IMG/VR virus record: IMGVR_UViG_2061766007_000328
From: an uncultured virus (IMG/VR IMGVR_UViG_2061766007_000328)
Lineage: Duplodnaviria; Heunggongvirae; Uroviricota; Caudoviricetes; Crassvirales
Direction: 5' to 3' (one strand)
DNA length: 38,331 nucleotides
The notes beneath the pieces are model-generated. The model was not told the DNA's origin. It made no database searches and saw only the letters and a program-made list of their open reading frames with translations. The position numbers were made by a program, and so were the translations under genes. Below, in pieces: positions 9,975-19,247 of the stretch (its first letter is position 1; each line of letters starts with the position of its first letter).

Positions 9975-10388
9975 CGGTCTTGAGTTGAAGGTTGCGGATG
10001 AGGCTTTCCTTATCCGTCAGATACGCCAGTTGTTCGAGGCTGACAAGTCCAAGAAGAAGGAGCAGTTCTGGAAGCAGATGTCGTATCTGTGGTTCATGTG
10101 CGATCCGCGCAGTACATACCAGTACATAACGGATGAAACCAACCGTTCCCTTGAGATAAAGGCACAGGAAGGGTTTTCTGTTGACTGGGAACCTACCGAC
10201 ACTCTTAAGGAGGCAATGGACATATACCGCAAGCATACTGTTACAACCTCCGCACTCTTACTGGAAGGTATGCGTAAAGGCATAGACAAGCTCAGTACAT
10301 TTCTTGGGAATACAGAGATATCGGAGAAGACCGTTGCTGCTATGACCAGTGCGTTGAGGCAGATACCGGAACTTGCCAAGGCTCTTGT
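9955..10388 (+). CDS. Hypothetical helical protein, truncated by gap
   Basis: MKLIEFDG...YLWFMCDPRS...; open to gap. Confidence 0.7.
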
Positions 10389-10958
10389 NNNNNNNNNNNN
10401 NNNNNNNNNNNNNNNNNNNNNNNNNNNNNNNNNNNNNNNNNNNNNNNNNNNNNNNNNNNNNNNNNNNNNNNNNNNNNNNNNNNNNNNNNNNNNNNNNNNN
10501 NNNNNNNNNNNNNNNNNNNNNNNNNNNNNNNNNNNNNNNNNNNNNNNNNNNNNNNNNNNNNNNNNNNNNNNNNNNNNNNNNNNNNNNNNNNNNNNNNNNN
10601 NNNNNNNNNNNNNNNNNNNNNNNNNNNNNNNNNNNNNNNNNNNNNNNNNNNNNNNNNNNNNNNNNNNNNNNNNNNNNNNNNNNNNNNNNNNNNNNNNNNN
10701 NNNNNNNNNNNNNNNNNNNNNNNNNNNNNNNNNNNNNNNNNNNNNNNNNNNNNNNNNNNNNNNNNNNNNNNNNNNNNNNNNNNNNNNNNNNNNNNNNNNN
10801 NNNNNNNNNNNNNNNNNNNNNNNNNNNNNNNNNNNNNNNNNNNNNNNNNNNNNNNNNNNNNNNNNNNNNNNNNNNNNNNNNNNNNNNNNNNNNNNNNNNN
10901 NNNNNNNNNNNNNNNNNNNNNNNNNNNNNNNNNNNNNNNNNNNNNNNNNNNNNNNNNN

Positions 10959-12115
10959 TCCTTCTGCAAGGCATACTCTAACGCTTATATCTCTGTTTTC
11001 TTCTCCTTCCTCAAGAGGGAGAATCCTTACTTTGAGTCCGCTCGGGGAATTGTCCGTACAAACCGCGGCAGTATATCCGGCAAAAGCGTCACTGGTTCGG
11101 ACATCTTTATTCTGGAACTCTATGCCATCAGGCAAATCGTATCCATACTTATTATAGTTTATAAATACGTACCAGCTNNNNNNNNNNNNNNNNNNNNNNN
11201 NNNNNNNNNNNNNNNNNNNNNNNNNNNNNNNNNNNNNNNNNNNNNNNNNNNNNNNNNNNNNNNNNNNNNNNNNNNNNNNNNNNNNNNNNNNNNNNNNNNN
11301 NNNNNNNNNNNNNNNNNNNNNNNNNNNNNNNNNNNNNNNNNNNNNNNNNNNNNNNNNNNNNNNNNNNNNNNNNNNNNNNNNNNNNNNNNNNNNNNNNNNN
11401 NNNNNNNNNNNNNNNNNNCGAACCCGATGCGCGAAGTTTTGCTGTCCTACCGGCGAATCCAATATGACTGACGGACACGTGCTTCATGCCGTCTTCTCCA
11501 ATAATCTTTATGGAATTAATCAGAGATGCATCCTGTGCTATATAGAAAGAAGCCTGCTTTGACTCATCTATAAGTTTGCATCTTATGGGCTCAAGAATAG
11601 ACGACTCCTCACATGCCCCAACCTTTACTCGAAGTATTGTTTCGCCAGCCTGACCAACATAACTGCTGCCTATCTGAGATATTGATTCCTGTCCGGATGC
11701 ATANNNNNNNNNNTGATGCATACAGGCCAACTGTCGCCCACGATGGACTTGTTTCAAGCCTCCACTGAGCCGGGGACTGAAGAACAAGCAATATATCGTC
11801 ACCGTCCTTAGGGAATATATAACTCGTCTTGCTGTCGTCGCCAAAAAGGAAAATCCGGAAATCAATATTTTCATATCCTATCGGAAGCTGAGTAACTGCA
11901 ACCTTTACAACAACAGTCTCATCGTTGCTAAGGCATATATTGACATCAGATGTCCTCTGGGTGTCATGACTTACTGCGGCATCGGCATTGGAGAGCCTAA
12001 GAACGTCACCATATTTCTCCGCCCTGAACCAATTGTAGCTCTGCGTTTCGGCAAGTTTCCATGTGTCTGTAGAGTTGTTTACCGTCACCGTTAAGTCTAC
12101 ATAGTCCTCAACCGA
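10959..12115 (-). CDS. Fragments of a BACON/Ig-like repeat protein
   Basis: Three fragments (10959-11177, 11419-11703, 11714-12115); TVTVNNSTDTW...NWF...RTSDVNI and FPKDG...WRLETSPSWATV...GETILRVKV patterns. Confidence 0.55.
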
Positions 12116-12479
12116 NNNNNNNNNNCCAGGGTGACGAGGCCGAGACCGTATAAACAGGGGGCACCACAACGGTGCCCTTTCCTGCTCAGTAGTCCGAGTC
12201 ATTAGGCATGGGTACAGAGAAGGTAAGCAAGACGAGCCTTGGTGCTCCACCGGGAACTCTGTACTCTTGTCTTATAAGTCCTGATAACATATAAACAGGC
12301 AGCGTGGTGTACAACACGTGGAGAAGGTCTGGGAGATGTGTGGCTGTCCAACACTCACACACCAGTTACAAAACTTGTTCTCCGGATGCGCTTTAGTCAT
12401 CTCTCTAATCGTGGATATTTTCTATTTCATTGACTCGAGTCATTAGGCAAGTTTTTCCCGCGCGTGTAATCTTTTGATT

Positions 12480-12969
12480 TTTTCAAAACGGAGAGATATA
12501 TATTATATTATTTAGATTTTATAAGTCCTGATAATATTCTATACACCTCTCCGTTCTTGACAAAGTCTCTTCTTTCTTTCTTAGTATATATATTTATATA
12601 TATACTTCTTTCTTTCTATCTCTAGTTAATATCTAAATCTTAGTATAGATTATGGAGAATAATAGGGATAATAAGAAGGTTAATATCCTACATCTTATAG
12701 CACTTAATAATATGAGTGTTATTAAGTGTAAGAAAGAGGATATACAATCTATCCTTCAATCTAATCCTGGTTCTTCTTATATAGGACCTATTCGTTCTTA
12801 TTAGTATTTCCTATTATTTGGGGGATATGATATTTTATCTTCTCTATTTATAGCTTATATAGTCTGAGGATTAATATTAATACATCCAAAGATTAATACA
12901 TCTAAAGATTAATACATCCAAAGATTATATAAGCTATAAAAAGAGAAAGAAATTCAAAAGAAAGAGAAA
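12480..12969. other. AT-rich non-coding region, candidate replication origin
   Basis: No ORF; TA runs, several inverted repeats, tandem 16-mers. Confidence 0.5.
12876..12923 (+). repeat. Three tandem 16-bp repeats ATTAATACATCYAAAG
   Basis: 12876-12891, 12892-12907, 12908-12923. Confidence 0.9.
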
Positions 12970-13016
12970 NNNNNNNNNNTGAGTCGCCAATGTATAACTT
13001 TTAGTCTTTGTATATT

Positions 13017-13454
13017 ATGAACGCTATTACCTATTACGCTCTTCAGGCAGCACGTAAAACTGGTGACCTCAACATTGACGCTCTCATGCACATCCTTGGT
13101 GAAATGGATGAGAGGCGTGCCGAAAGAACAGTTGAAGCTCTCATTGGTCTTGTTGATATTCCTCAGATGATGGCGACTATTCCTACTCTCAGCAAGGCTG
13201 ACAAGGATACTATCTGTGTTCTTGATAGTTTCAACTATCTTGACGACATGGTTCGCTTCAAGTATACCAGGACCGATACCAAGTATTTTGTTACTCCTGA
13301 GGAAGCTGACAAATACACCTCAACTGGTGACTACAAGTGGGACAAGTATAAGACTCGTCAGGAAGGTGAGTATGTCTTTGAAGGAAATTACACTCACGAG
13401 TCGAATGACTACTGTTCCTACCAGAGATGGATGGACAATGCTATAGAGGAGTAG
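13017..13454 (+). CDS. Hypothetical early protein
   Basis: MNAITYYAL...; mostly synonymous differences from second copy. Confidence 0.8.
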   Translation: MNAITYYALQAARKTGDLNIDALMHILGEMDERRAERTVEALIGLVDIPQMMATIPTLSKADKDTICVLDSFNYLDDMVRFKYTRTDTKYFVTPEEADKYTSTGDYKWDKYKTRQEGEYVFEGNYTHESNDYCSYQRWMDNAIEE

Positions 13455-13513
13455 GCTTAGGCTTCCTCCTTTTTTCTGATTTGTATAATATCTAAATTTG
13501 CANNNNNNNNNNT

Positions 13514-13888
13514 ATGCACATCCTTGGTGAAATGGATGAGAGGCGTGCTGAAAGAACAGTTGAAGCTCTCATTGGTCTTGTTGACATTCCTCAGATGCTG
13601 GCGACTATTCCTACTCTCAGTAAGGCTGATAAAGATACTGTCTGCATCCTTGAGAGTTTCAACTATCTTGACGACATGGTTCGCTTCAAGTATACCAGGA
13701 CCGACACCAAGTATTTCCTCACTCCTGAAGAGGCTGACAAATACACCTCAACTGGTGACTACAAGTGGGACAAGTACAAGACTCGTCAGGAAGGTGAGTA
13801 TGTCTTCGAAGGCAATTACACTCACGAGTCGAATGACTACTGTTCCTACCAGAGATGGATGGATAACGCTATAGAGGAGGAGGCTTAG
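13514..13888 (+). CDS. Variant copy of 13017..13454 (5' truncated by gap)
   Basis: Near-identical protein. Confidence 0.75.
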   Translation: MHILGEMDERRAERTVEALIGLVDIPQMLATIPTLSKADKDTVCILESFNYLDDMVRFKYTRTDTKYFLTPEEADKYTSTGDYKWDKYKTRQEGEYVFEGNYTHESNDYCSYQRWMDNAIEEEA

Positions 13889-13903
13889 GCTTCCTCCTTT
13901 TTT
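13876..13903 (+). terminator. Intrinsic terminator
   Basis: ggaggaggc-ttag-gcttcctcc followed by T6. Confidence 0.6.
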
Positions 13904-13936
13904 CTGATTTGTATAATATCTAAATTTGCAAGAAAT

Positions 13937-14122
13937 ATGAAGACTAAGAAGAACGTTGGTCGTTTTGGTGGTCTTATTGACCAGATGAACAGGGACAGGC
14001 ATCATCTCGTCCTCGTGGCTCTCAACAAGGCAAAGGATTTTGCCCATGAGTGTATCCGTCGTGGATACGATATCGAAATCGGTGATGCCACTGAGAAGGG
14101 TATAATCATTTACAAGAAATAG
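13937..14122 (+). CDS. Hypothetical 61-aa protein
   Basis: ORF preceded by TAAATTTG -7 element (13921-13928). Confidence 0.7.
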   Translation: MKTKKNVGRFGGLIDQMNRDRHHLVLVALNKAKDFAHECIRRGYDIEIGDATEKGIIIYKK

Positions 14123-14124
14123 AT

Positions 14125-15060
14125 ATGGAAGAGATAAAGACCCTTTCTTTCTTTGGCGATAACGGATTGTCCAGCACATCCGCCAACCATGTCGCCAATC
14201 TTGCCAAGGAGGCGGTACGTAAATATCGCTATGCCCTTGAGAACATCAACTTCTGCAAGGAGAGCATTTCCGTCATAGGAGATAAGACCGCTACTGTTGT
14301 GGAAGAGGGAACTGACTATGATACTCTGAAGAGTATTCCTGGTCTCATTCAGAAGATAGCATCTGCCAATTCCCTTATTGCATTTCTTCGTGAGGCAATC
14401 AAGGAGAAGGAGCGTAGGTTCAAAGAGGCAAAGGAGTATGTTGATGTTGACAGGAGGAAAGCGCTCGATGCTGAAAAGATCGAGTTAGGAGTTGCCGCTC
14501 TAAGCTCAACCAAGGCACCTGTACGTGAAGCATATCCTACCGAGGAGGATGTCAAGCTTGAGTGGACTATTGGTGAGCAGGAAAAATACCTGTCGCTTGA
14601 GGCCGAAGCTGCTGCTCTTGGTAAGGCTATTCACGAGGATGGTCCTATCAGCACTGCACGTATAGACTTGATGAATAAGATTCTCAAGCCTAATCGTGTT
14701 GCTGCCAACGGGCGTGATACTATCATCTACCAGTATTCTCCACGTGTGCGTGTTGAGGATGTAGATATAGTATATGATTCGCTTCAGAAGCGTTTCCGCA
14801 GTGTCCAGGCTGAACTCAATGGTATGAAGAAGCGTATTGAGGATACTATCCTCGAGCGTAAGATTGCCATTGACAACGCATATAACGAGGCAATGCGTGA
14901 GTATAACGCCAAAGTGACTGATTACAGGCGCAGGGATGATGCTTTCGAGCGTGAGATGGATATCAAGCGCAAGGAACTCATGCAGCAGGTGAATGCGCTG
15001 AAGATAGTCATTCCGAACAGGCTCAAACCTATGTACGACCTCCTCATGGAGAACAAATAA
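14125..15060 (+). CDS. Long coiled-coil protein of unknown function
   Basis: 311 aa, heptad-rich, C-terminal KIVIPNRLK. Confidence 0.8.
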   Translation: MEEIKTLSFFGDNGLSSTSANHVANLAKEAVRKYRYALENINFCKESISVIGDKTATVVEEGTDYDTLKSIPGLIQKIASANSLIAFLREAIKEKERRFKEAKEYVDVDRRKALDAEKIELGVAALSSTKAPVREAYPTEEDVKLEWTIGEQEKYLSLEAEAAALGKAIHEDGPISTARIDLMNKILKPNRVAANGRDTIIYQYSPRVRVEDVDIVYDSLQKRFRSVQAELNGMKKRIEDTILERKIAIDNAYNEAMREYNAKVTDYRRRDDAFEREMDIKRKELMQQVNALKIVIPNRLKPMYDLLMENK

Positions 15061-15137
15061 TAACAATCAGCTAAGATCAGTACTGAGTACTTGTACGAAT
15101 CTGGTCTGAATGCCGAGGGTGGATATGNNNNNNNNNN

Positions 15138-15683
15138 ATGCCCGTACGTGAAGTATATCCTACCGAGGAAGATGTCAAGCTTGAGTGGACTATTGGTGAG
15201 CAGGAGAAATACCTTTCTCTTGAGGCTGAGGCTGCTGCTCTTGGCAAGGCTATTCACGAAGATGGTCCCCTCAGTTCTGCACGTATAGACCTGATGAATA
15301 AGATTCTCAAGCCTAGCCGTGTTGCTGCCAACGGACGCGATACTATCATCTACCAGTATTCTCCACGTGTTCGTGTTGAGGATGTAGATATAGTATATGA
15401 TTCGCTTCAGAAGCGTTTCCGCAGTGTCCAGGCTGAACTCAATGGTATGAAGAAACGTATTGAGGATACTATCCTTGAGCGTAAGATTGCCATTGACAAC
15501 GCATATAACGAGGCAATGCGTGAATATAACGCTAAAGTGTCTGATTACAGGCGTAGAGATGACGCTTTCGAGCGTGAAATGGATATCAAGCGCAAGGAAC
15601 TCATGCAGCAGGTGAATGCGCTTAAGATAGTCATTCCGAACAGGCTCAAGCCTATGTACGACCTCCTCATGGAGAACAAATAA
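15138..15683 (+). CDS. C-terminal variant copy of coiled-coil protein
   Basis: Near-identical to about 14515-15060. Confidence 0.75.
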   Translation: MPVREVYPTEEDVKLEWTIGEQEKYLSLEAEAAALGKAIHEDGPLSSARIDLMNKILKPSRVAANGRDTIIYQYSPRVRVEDVDIVYDSLQKRFRSVQAELNGMKKRIEDTILERKIAIDNAYNEAMREYNAKVSDYRRRDDAFEREMDIKRKELMQQVNALKIVIPNRLKPMYDLLMENK

Positions 15684-15687
15684 TAAC

Positions 15688-15930
15688 AATCAGCTAAGGC
15701 CAGTACTGAGTACTTGTACGAATCTGGTCTGAATGCCGAGGGTGGATATGNNNNNNNNNNGGCACAACCATTACTAATAAGGCTTATCAACAATGTCCCG
15801 AACTACAAATCTTTATGCCTATGAAGCGTGATGGTGGAGGCAGGGCTTTTGTTCTTGTAGTAGTTCGAGGTTTTGGTTCTGGTTCTTGCTTTTGGTTTTT
15901 GCATATCTGCCTTCGGCAAGTTGATTTTTA
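15688..15930 (+). ncRNA. Candidate structured ncRNA of unknown class
   Basis: 15734-15750 pairs with 15902-15918 (17 bp, 3 G-U); 15688-15695 pairs with 15919-15926; internal stems; spans a 10-N gap. Confidence 0.6.
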
Positions 15931-15953
15931 TTATTTTTGTAAAAATTATCATC

Positions 15954-16832
15954 ATGTTAGGAGCAATTATAGGTGATGTTGTGGGCTCGACGTATGAGTT
16001 CCACAATACTAAGGATTACAATTTCAAACTGTTCCCTGAAGGTAGTAAATATACTGACGATACTATAATGTCTCTTGCGGTTGCCAGTACACTTATGAAG
16101 TGTCCGAATAACTATACGGAGAGATATGAAGTATTTGAAGATGAAATGGTACGCCTTGGACAGATGTTTCCTGTTCCCAAAGGAGGTTATGGTGGAGGAT
16201 TCGCAAGGTGGTTGTTCAGTCCTGCACTTTTGTTTTCTTATGACGGGAAGGAATATCCTAAATCCGAGTCTGGAAGATTTCCTTATGGGTCTAACGCCAA
16301 CGGCTCAGCCATGCGGGTATCTTCTATTGGATGGTTTTATAGTGGCATTTCTGCATATAAGATGACTTGTCGTGCCTCTTATGCATCCGCTGATATTACC
16401 CATAATTCAGAAGAGGGACGTGCTGGTGCATGTGCTGTGGCAAATGCCATTCGTCTTGCTCGTGAGGGTAAATCCAAAGAAGAGATATGTGAGTTTGTAG
16501 AAACTCAGTTTGGTTATGACCTTCATAAGACATGGTATTACTGGCGTAAAATATATAAGTGGGACAGCAGTTGTAGCGGCACAGTTCCTCAAGCTATCAT
16601 TTGTTTCCTTGATTCAATAAATTTCGAGGATGCTATACGCAAGGCCGTGTCTCTTGGAGGAGATTCGGATACCATAGCTTGTATAACTGGTGGTATCGCT
16701 GAGGCCTATTACAAGGAAATACCTAGTTTCATGGCTCATAAGGCTATGGAAACACTTCCTGATGTACTTAAAGACATTCTCAAGAAGTTCCAGGATATAG
16801 TAGGATACTGGGACATAGTAAAATTAGTATAA
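15954..16832 (+). CDS. ADP-ribosylglycohydrolase (DraG/ARH family)
   Basis: MLGAIIGDVVGS, YTDDT, GSNANGSAMR, ITHN, GGDSDTIACITG motifs; true start likely ATG 15954. Confidence 0.92.
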   Translation: MLGAIIGDVVGSTYEFHNTKDYNFKLFPEGSKYTDDTIMSLAVASTLMKCPNNYTERYEVFEDEMVRLGQMFPVPKGGYGGGFARWLFSPALLFSYDGKEYPKSESGRFPYGSNANGSAMRVSSIGWFYSGISAYKMTCRASYASADITHNSEEGRAGACAVANAIRLAREGKSKEEICEFVETQFGYDLHKTWYYWRKIYKWDSSCSGTVPQAIICFLDSINFEDAIRKAVSLGGDSDTIACITGGIAEAYYKEIPSFMAHKAMETLPDVLKDILKKFQDIVGYWDIVKLV

Positions 16833-16862
16833 TTTCATAACATTTTTGTTTCATACATTGAG

Positions 16863-16889
16863 AACCAGTACATTATGTGCTGGTTTTTT
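16863..16889 (+). terminator. Putative intrinsic terminator
   Basis: aaccagtac-attat-gtgctggtt followed by T run. Confidence 0.5.
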
Positions 16890-16903
16890 AATATCTTTGT
16901 ATC

Positions 16904-17341
16904 ATGAATTTTACAAGAGCACAAAAAGAAGCCTTATGGCGTAAGATCGAGGAAGCCTCTTCTGTTAAGAAAAAGAGGATTATAACCGAGTTCGAGAAGA
17001 ACTGGAAACCCAGTCCCAAATCCAAGGATTTGTTTGATAAGCTCAAGAAAGTCGTAGATCTTGAGAAGAAGGTAGAAGCACTTCGTGACGAGATTACCGG
17101 TGGGGACTATTGCAAGGTCTATGACCTGGGTGATGCAAAAGTCCATATTTACAAGTCTGGCAAGTATGAAACTGTCCTTGATACTTACAAGAGCATCGTA
17201 ATGCAGGACTTCGAGAATAGGCTTTATCGCGACAAGGTAATTCCCTCCGAGACCGCCGTCATGGATGAGCTCGAGCTTCAGCTTCTCAGCAAGACTTTCG
17301 ATGTCCAGGCTTTCCTTGCCAAGTTTGGTGTAAAGGAATAG
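16904..17341 (+). CDS. Hypothetical protein
   Basis: 145-aa ORF; TATCTTTG -7 element at 16892-16899. Confidence 0.75.
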   Translation: MNFTRAQKEALWRKIEEASSVKKKRIITEFEKNWKPSPKSKDLFDKLKKVVDLEKKVEALRDEITGGDYCKVYDLGDAKVHIYKSGKYETVLDTYKSIVMQDFENRLYRDKVIPSETAVMDELELQLLSKTFDVQAFLAKFGVKE

Positions 17342-17353
17342 TCTAATTTAATA

Positions 17354-17429
17354 GGTCCCTTAGCTCAGTTGGTTAGTCAGCAGCTGACTCATAATCAGCA
17401 GGTCGCAGGTTCAAGTCCTGCAGGGACCA
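17354..17429 (+). tRNA. tRNA with CAT anticodon, most likely Ile2 (lysidine type)
   Basis: Acceptor ggtccct/agggacc, anticodon arm gctga-ctCATaa-tcagc, T-loop GGTTCAAGTCC; C4/C5 acceptor and A73 as in ileX-type tRNAs; no encoded CCA. Confidence 0.9.
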
Positions 17430-17471
17430 CTAGCCTTTTTTCAAACAAGGTTTCATAACTAGCTTATCGTT

Positions 17472-17504
17472 ACCACTCTCGTCGTGAGATGCGAGTGGTT
17501 TTTT
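17472..17504 (+). terminator. Intrinsic terminator after tRNA
   Basis: accactc...gtga...gagtggt followed by T run. Confidence 0.65.
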
Positions 17505-17532
17505 CTTTTGATAATCATCAGAACATCATATC

Positions 17533-17664
17533 ATGTTAGAAGAACTCTACTATGAGCTTGAGAATAATCTTGAGCTTACTCATGAACAGTGGCTTTCCCT
17601 TGTTGGTCTTATTGAAGACCTGGAGCTTGAAAAAGTTTCTGGAAAGTCAGTGGAAAATAAATGA
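17533..17664 (+). CDS. 43-aa acidic hypothetical protein (not in ORF track)
   Basis: MLEELYYELENNLELTHEQWLSLVGLIEDLELEKVSGKSVENK*. Confidence 0.5.
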   Translation: MLEELYYELENNLELTHEQWLSLVGLIEDLELEKVSGKSVENK

Positions 17665-17702
17665 AACACTTTTGTTTTATTCATTAATAATCAGTATATT
17701 TG
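17662..17702 (+). promoter_or_regulatory. Bacteroidota primary-sigma promoter with overlapping operator
   Basis: TTTG(17671)-N20-TATATTTG(17695); TGAAACA-cttt-TGTTTTA at 17662-17679. Confidence 0.7.
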
Positions 17703-17706
17703 AACC

Positions 17707-17832
17707 ATGAATAACAGAGAAAAGTTTCATACTATCCTTCTTAGTGTGATTGCCGGGTCATTGCTTGGCATCATGCTTATCCTCGCATATCTGCTTTATT
17801 TGGTATACCCTTTAATCCCAGTATTTGACTGA
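17707..17832 (+). CDS. 41-aa single-pass membrane protein (not in ORF track)
   Basis: MNNREKFHTILLSVIAGSLLGIMLILAYLLYLVYPLIPVFD*. Confidence 0.55.
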   Translation: MNNREKFHTILLSVIAGSLLGIMLILAYLLYLVYPLIPVFD

Positions 17833-17926
17833 TGTTACTTTGGGCTATAGTATTTGTCGGTGTAGTCACTTTCGTAGTTGTTGATTGCACTCGTACACGT
17901 AAATAATCACATTAATCTTTTCTCAA

Positions 17927-18751
17927 ATGATCACTTCGAGAACACAAACAATTACTCCTGACTATGCATCGGAGTTGCTTAAGAAGAACACCCTCAATCG
18001 TCCTGTGAATCAGGCCACGGTTGATGACTATGCTGCTCAGATGGAGAAAGGGCTGTGGAAACTTAATGGCGAGCCTGTTATTGTCTCTGCAACTGGTAAC
18101 CTTCTTGACGGACAGCATCGTCTCCTCGCTTGTGTAAAAGCCAATGTTGGCTTTACAACAGTTATCACTACTGGTATTGATGCATCTAATTTTGATACCA
18201 TTGATACCGGCAAAGTAAGAAGCGCTGCCGATGTATTCAATATTGTCGGAATCAGCAATGCCGCAATGATATCTTCCATAGTCAGCAGTTACTTCAACAT
18301 CAAGAAGAATGATTTCAGCTATGTGGATACCAGGAATGCCACTTTGCGTAAGATGAAGATATCCAAGCATGAGCTCCGTGACTTCTATCAGAAGCATTCA
18401 GAACTTGTAGACAGGATATATCATATGTCCAGAGGATGTTATGACCATCTCCGTCTTCTTACCACGGCTACTGTTGGTGCGTATGCATTGTATCTTATCC
18501 TTGATAAGAAGCATCCAGAGGAGAAGGTGTTCAGTTTCTTCCGTGAACTGTTCGGTATTCTTCCTCCTACCAACAATAGCGTAAGCCTTCTGAATCATGT
18601 TCTGAGCAGGCATGTTCTCAAGCAGAATGTTCTTACCCCTCTGCAGAAGAGTGTGTATATCAAGAAGGCTTGGAACAATTACGTTCTTGGAAAGGAGCTC
18701 AAGTCTTTGACCTACAACAAGAACACAGAATCCCAGCTTCAGTTCATATAG
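17927..18751 (+). CDS. ParB/Srx-fold (DGQHR) protein
   Basis: NRPVN...GEPVIV...LLDGQHRL motif. Confidence 0.75.
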   Translation: MITSRTQTITPDYASELLKKNTLNRPVNQATVDDYAAQMEKGLWKLNGEPVIVSATGNLLDGQHRLLACVKANVGFTTVITTGIDASNFDTIDTGKVRSAADVFNIVGISNAAMISSIVSSYFNIKKNDFSYVDTRNATLRKMKISKHELRDFYQKHSELVDRIYHMSRGCYDHLRLLTTATVGAYALYLILDKKHPEEKVFSFFRELFGILPPTNNSVSLLNHVLSRHVLKQNVLTPLQKSVYIKKAWNNYVLGKELKSLTYNKNTESQLQFI

Positions 18752-18752
18752 T

Positions 18753-19247
18753 ATGAAGTATACCAGGGAAGTATTGTTTTGTGCAAGATATCTGTCTGGC
18801 AATGGTATAACCGCCGATAATTTCAATGATGTCCTTCAGCATCTAAATGAGTTATCCGGCGAGTATACAATTGTCAAGATGGAGAATCGTGATTTTTATT
18901 ACGAGCTTGCTTCGAGGTTGAGGGAGATGTGGCCCCCTGGTGAAAAGGACGGCAAATATCCTTGGAGGGATTCCGTAGATAATCTTCGTCGAAGACTTCA
19001 AGAACTTTGGAAAATCAGATTTCCAAACAGAACATTAACTATAGAGCAGTGCCTTGCTGTTGCTAGAAAATATCTTTCTCAGTTTCAGGGAAGCACCAAA
19101 TACATGCAGATACTTAAGTACTTTATCAAAAAAGAAGGTACTTCGAAATTTGCGGATATGCTTGATAGTGAGTCCGAACTGGCTCAGGCGATGGCCCAAT
19201 ATACCGAAGACGAATCTGTACCCACTGAGGAGGGTGTGTTGATATGA
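18753..19247 (+). CDS. Hypothetical protein upstream of helicase (possible loader/initiator)
   Basis: 164 aa, ATGA-coupled to helicase; function inferred from position only. Confidence 0.6.
   Translation: MKYTREVLFCARYLSGNGITADNFNDVLQHLNELSGEYTIVKMENRDFYYELASRLREMWPPGEKDGKYPWRDSVDNLRRRLQELWKIRFPNRTLTIEQCLAVARKYLSQFQGSTKYMQILKYFIKKEGTSKFADMLDSESELAQAMAQYTEDESVPTEEGVLI

Noticed and set aside
7503..11874. Long ORFs in the track spanning N runs
   Set aside because: Artefacts of translating gaps; they fuse unrelated fragments.
12150..12212. Hammerhead-like CTAATGA...GAAA on the minus strand
   Set aside because: Core is not CUGANGA, stem II spacing is wrong, and no stem I or cleavage triplet is evident; the hairpin is better explained as a + strand terminator.
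12876..12923. Possible CRISPR mini-array
   Set aside because: Repeats are contiguous with no spacers.
13449..13460. TAG in one copy where the other has GAG, hinting at stop-codon reassignment as in some crAss-like phages
   Set aside because: Genes are full length under code 11, TAG ends many tightly packed genes, and no suppressor tRNA is seen; a simple SNP fits.
13017..15750. Near-identical gene pairs as DGR template/variable repeats
   Set aside because: Differences are mostly synonymous and not adenine-specific; no reverse transcriptase is seen.
15873..15953. Hydrophobic N-terminal extension on the ADP-ribosylhydrolase
   Set aside because: Family proteins begin at MLGAIIGD; the extension reads through the U-rich RNA element.
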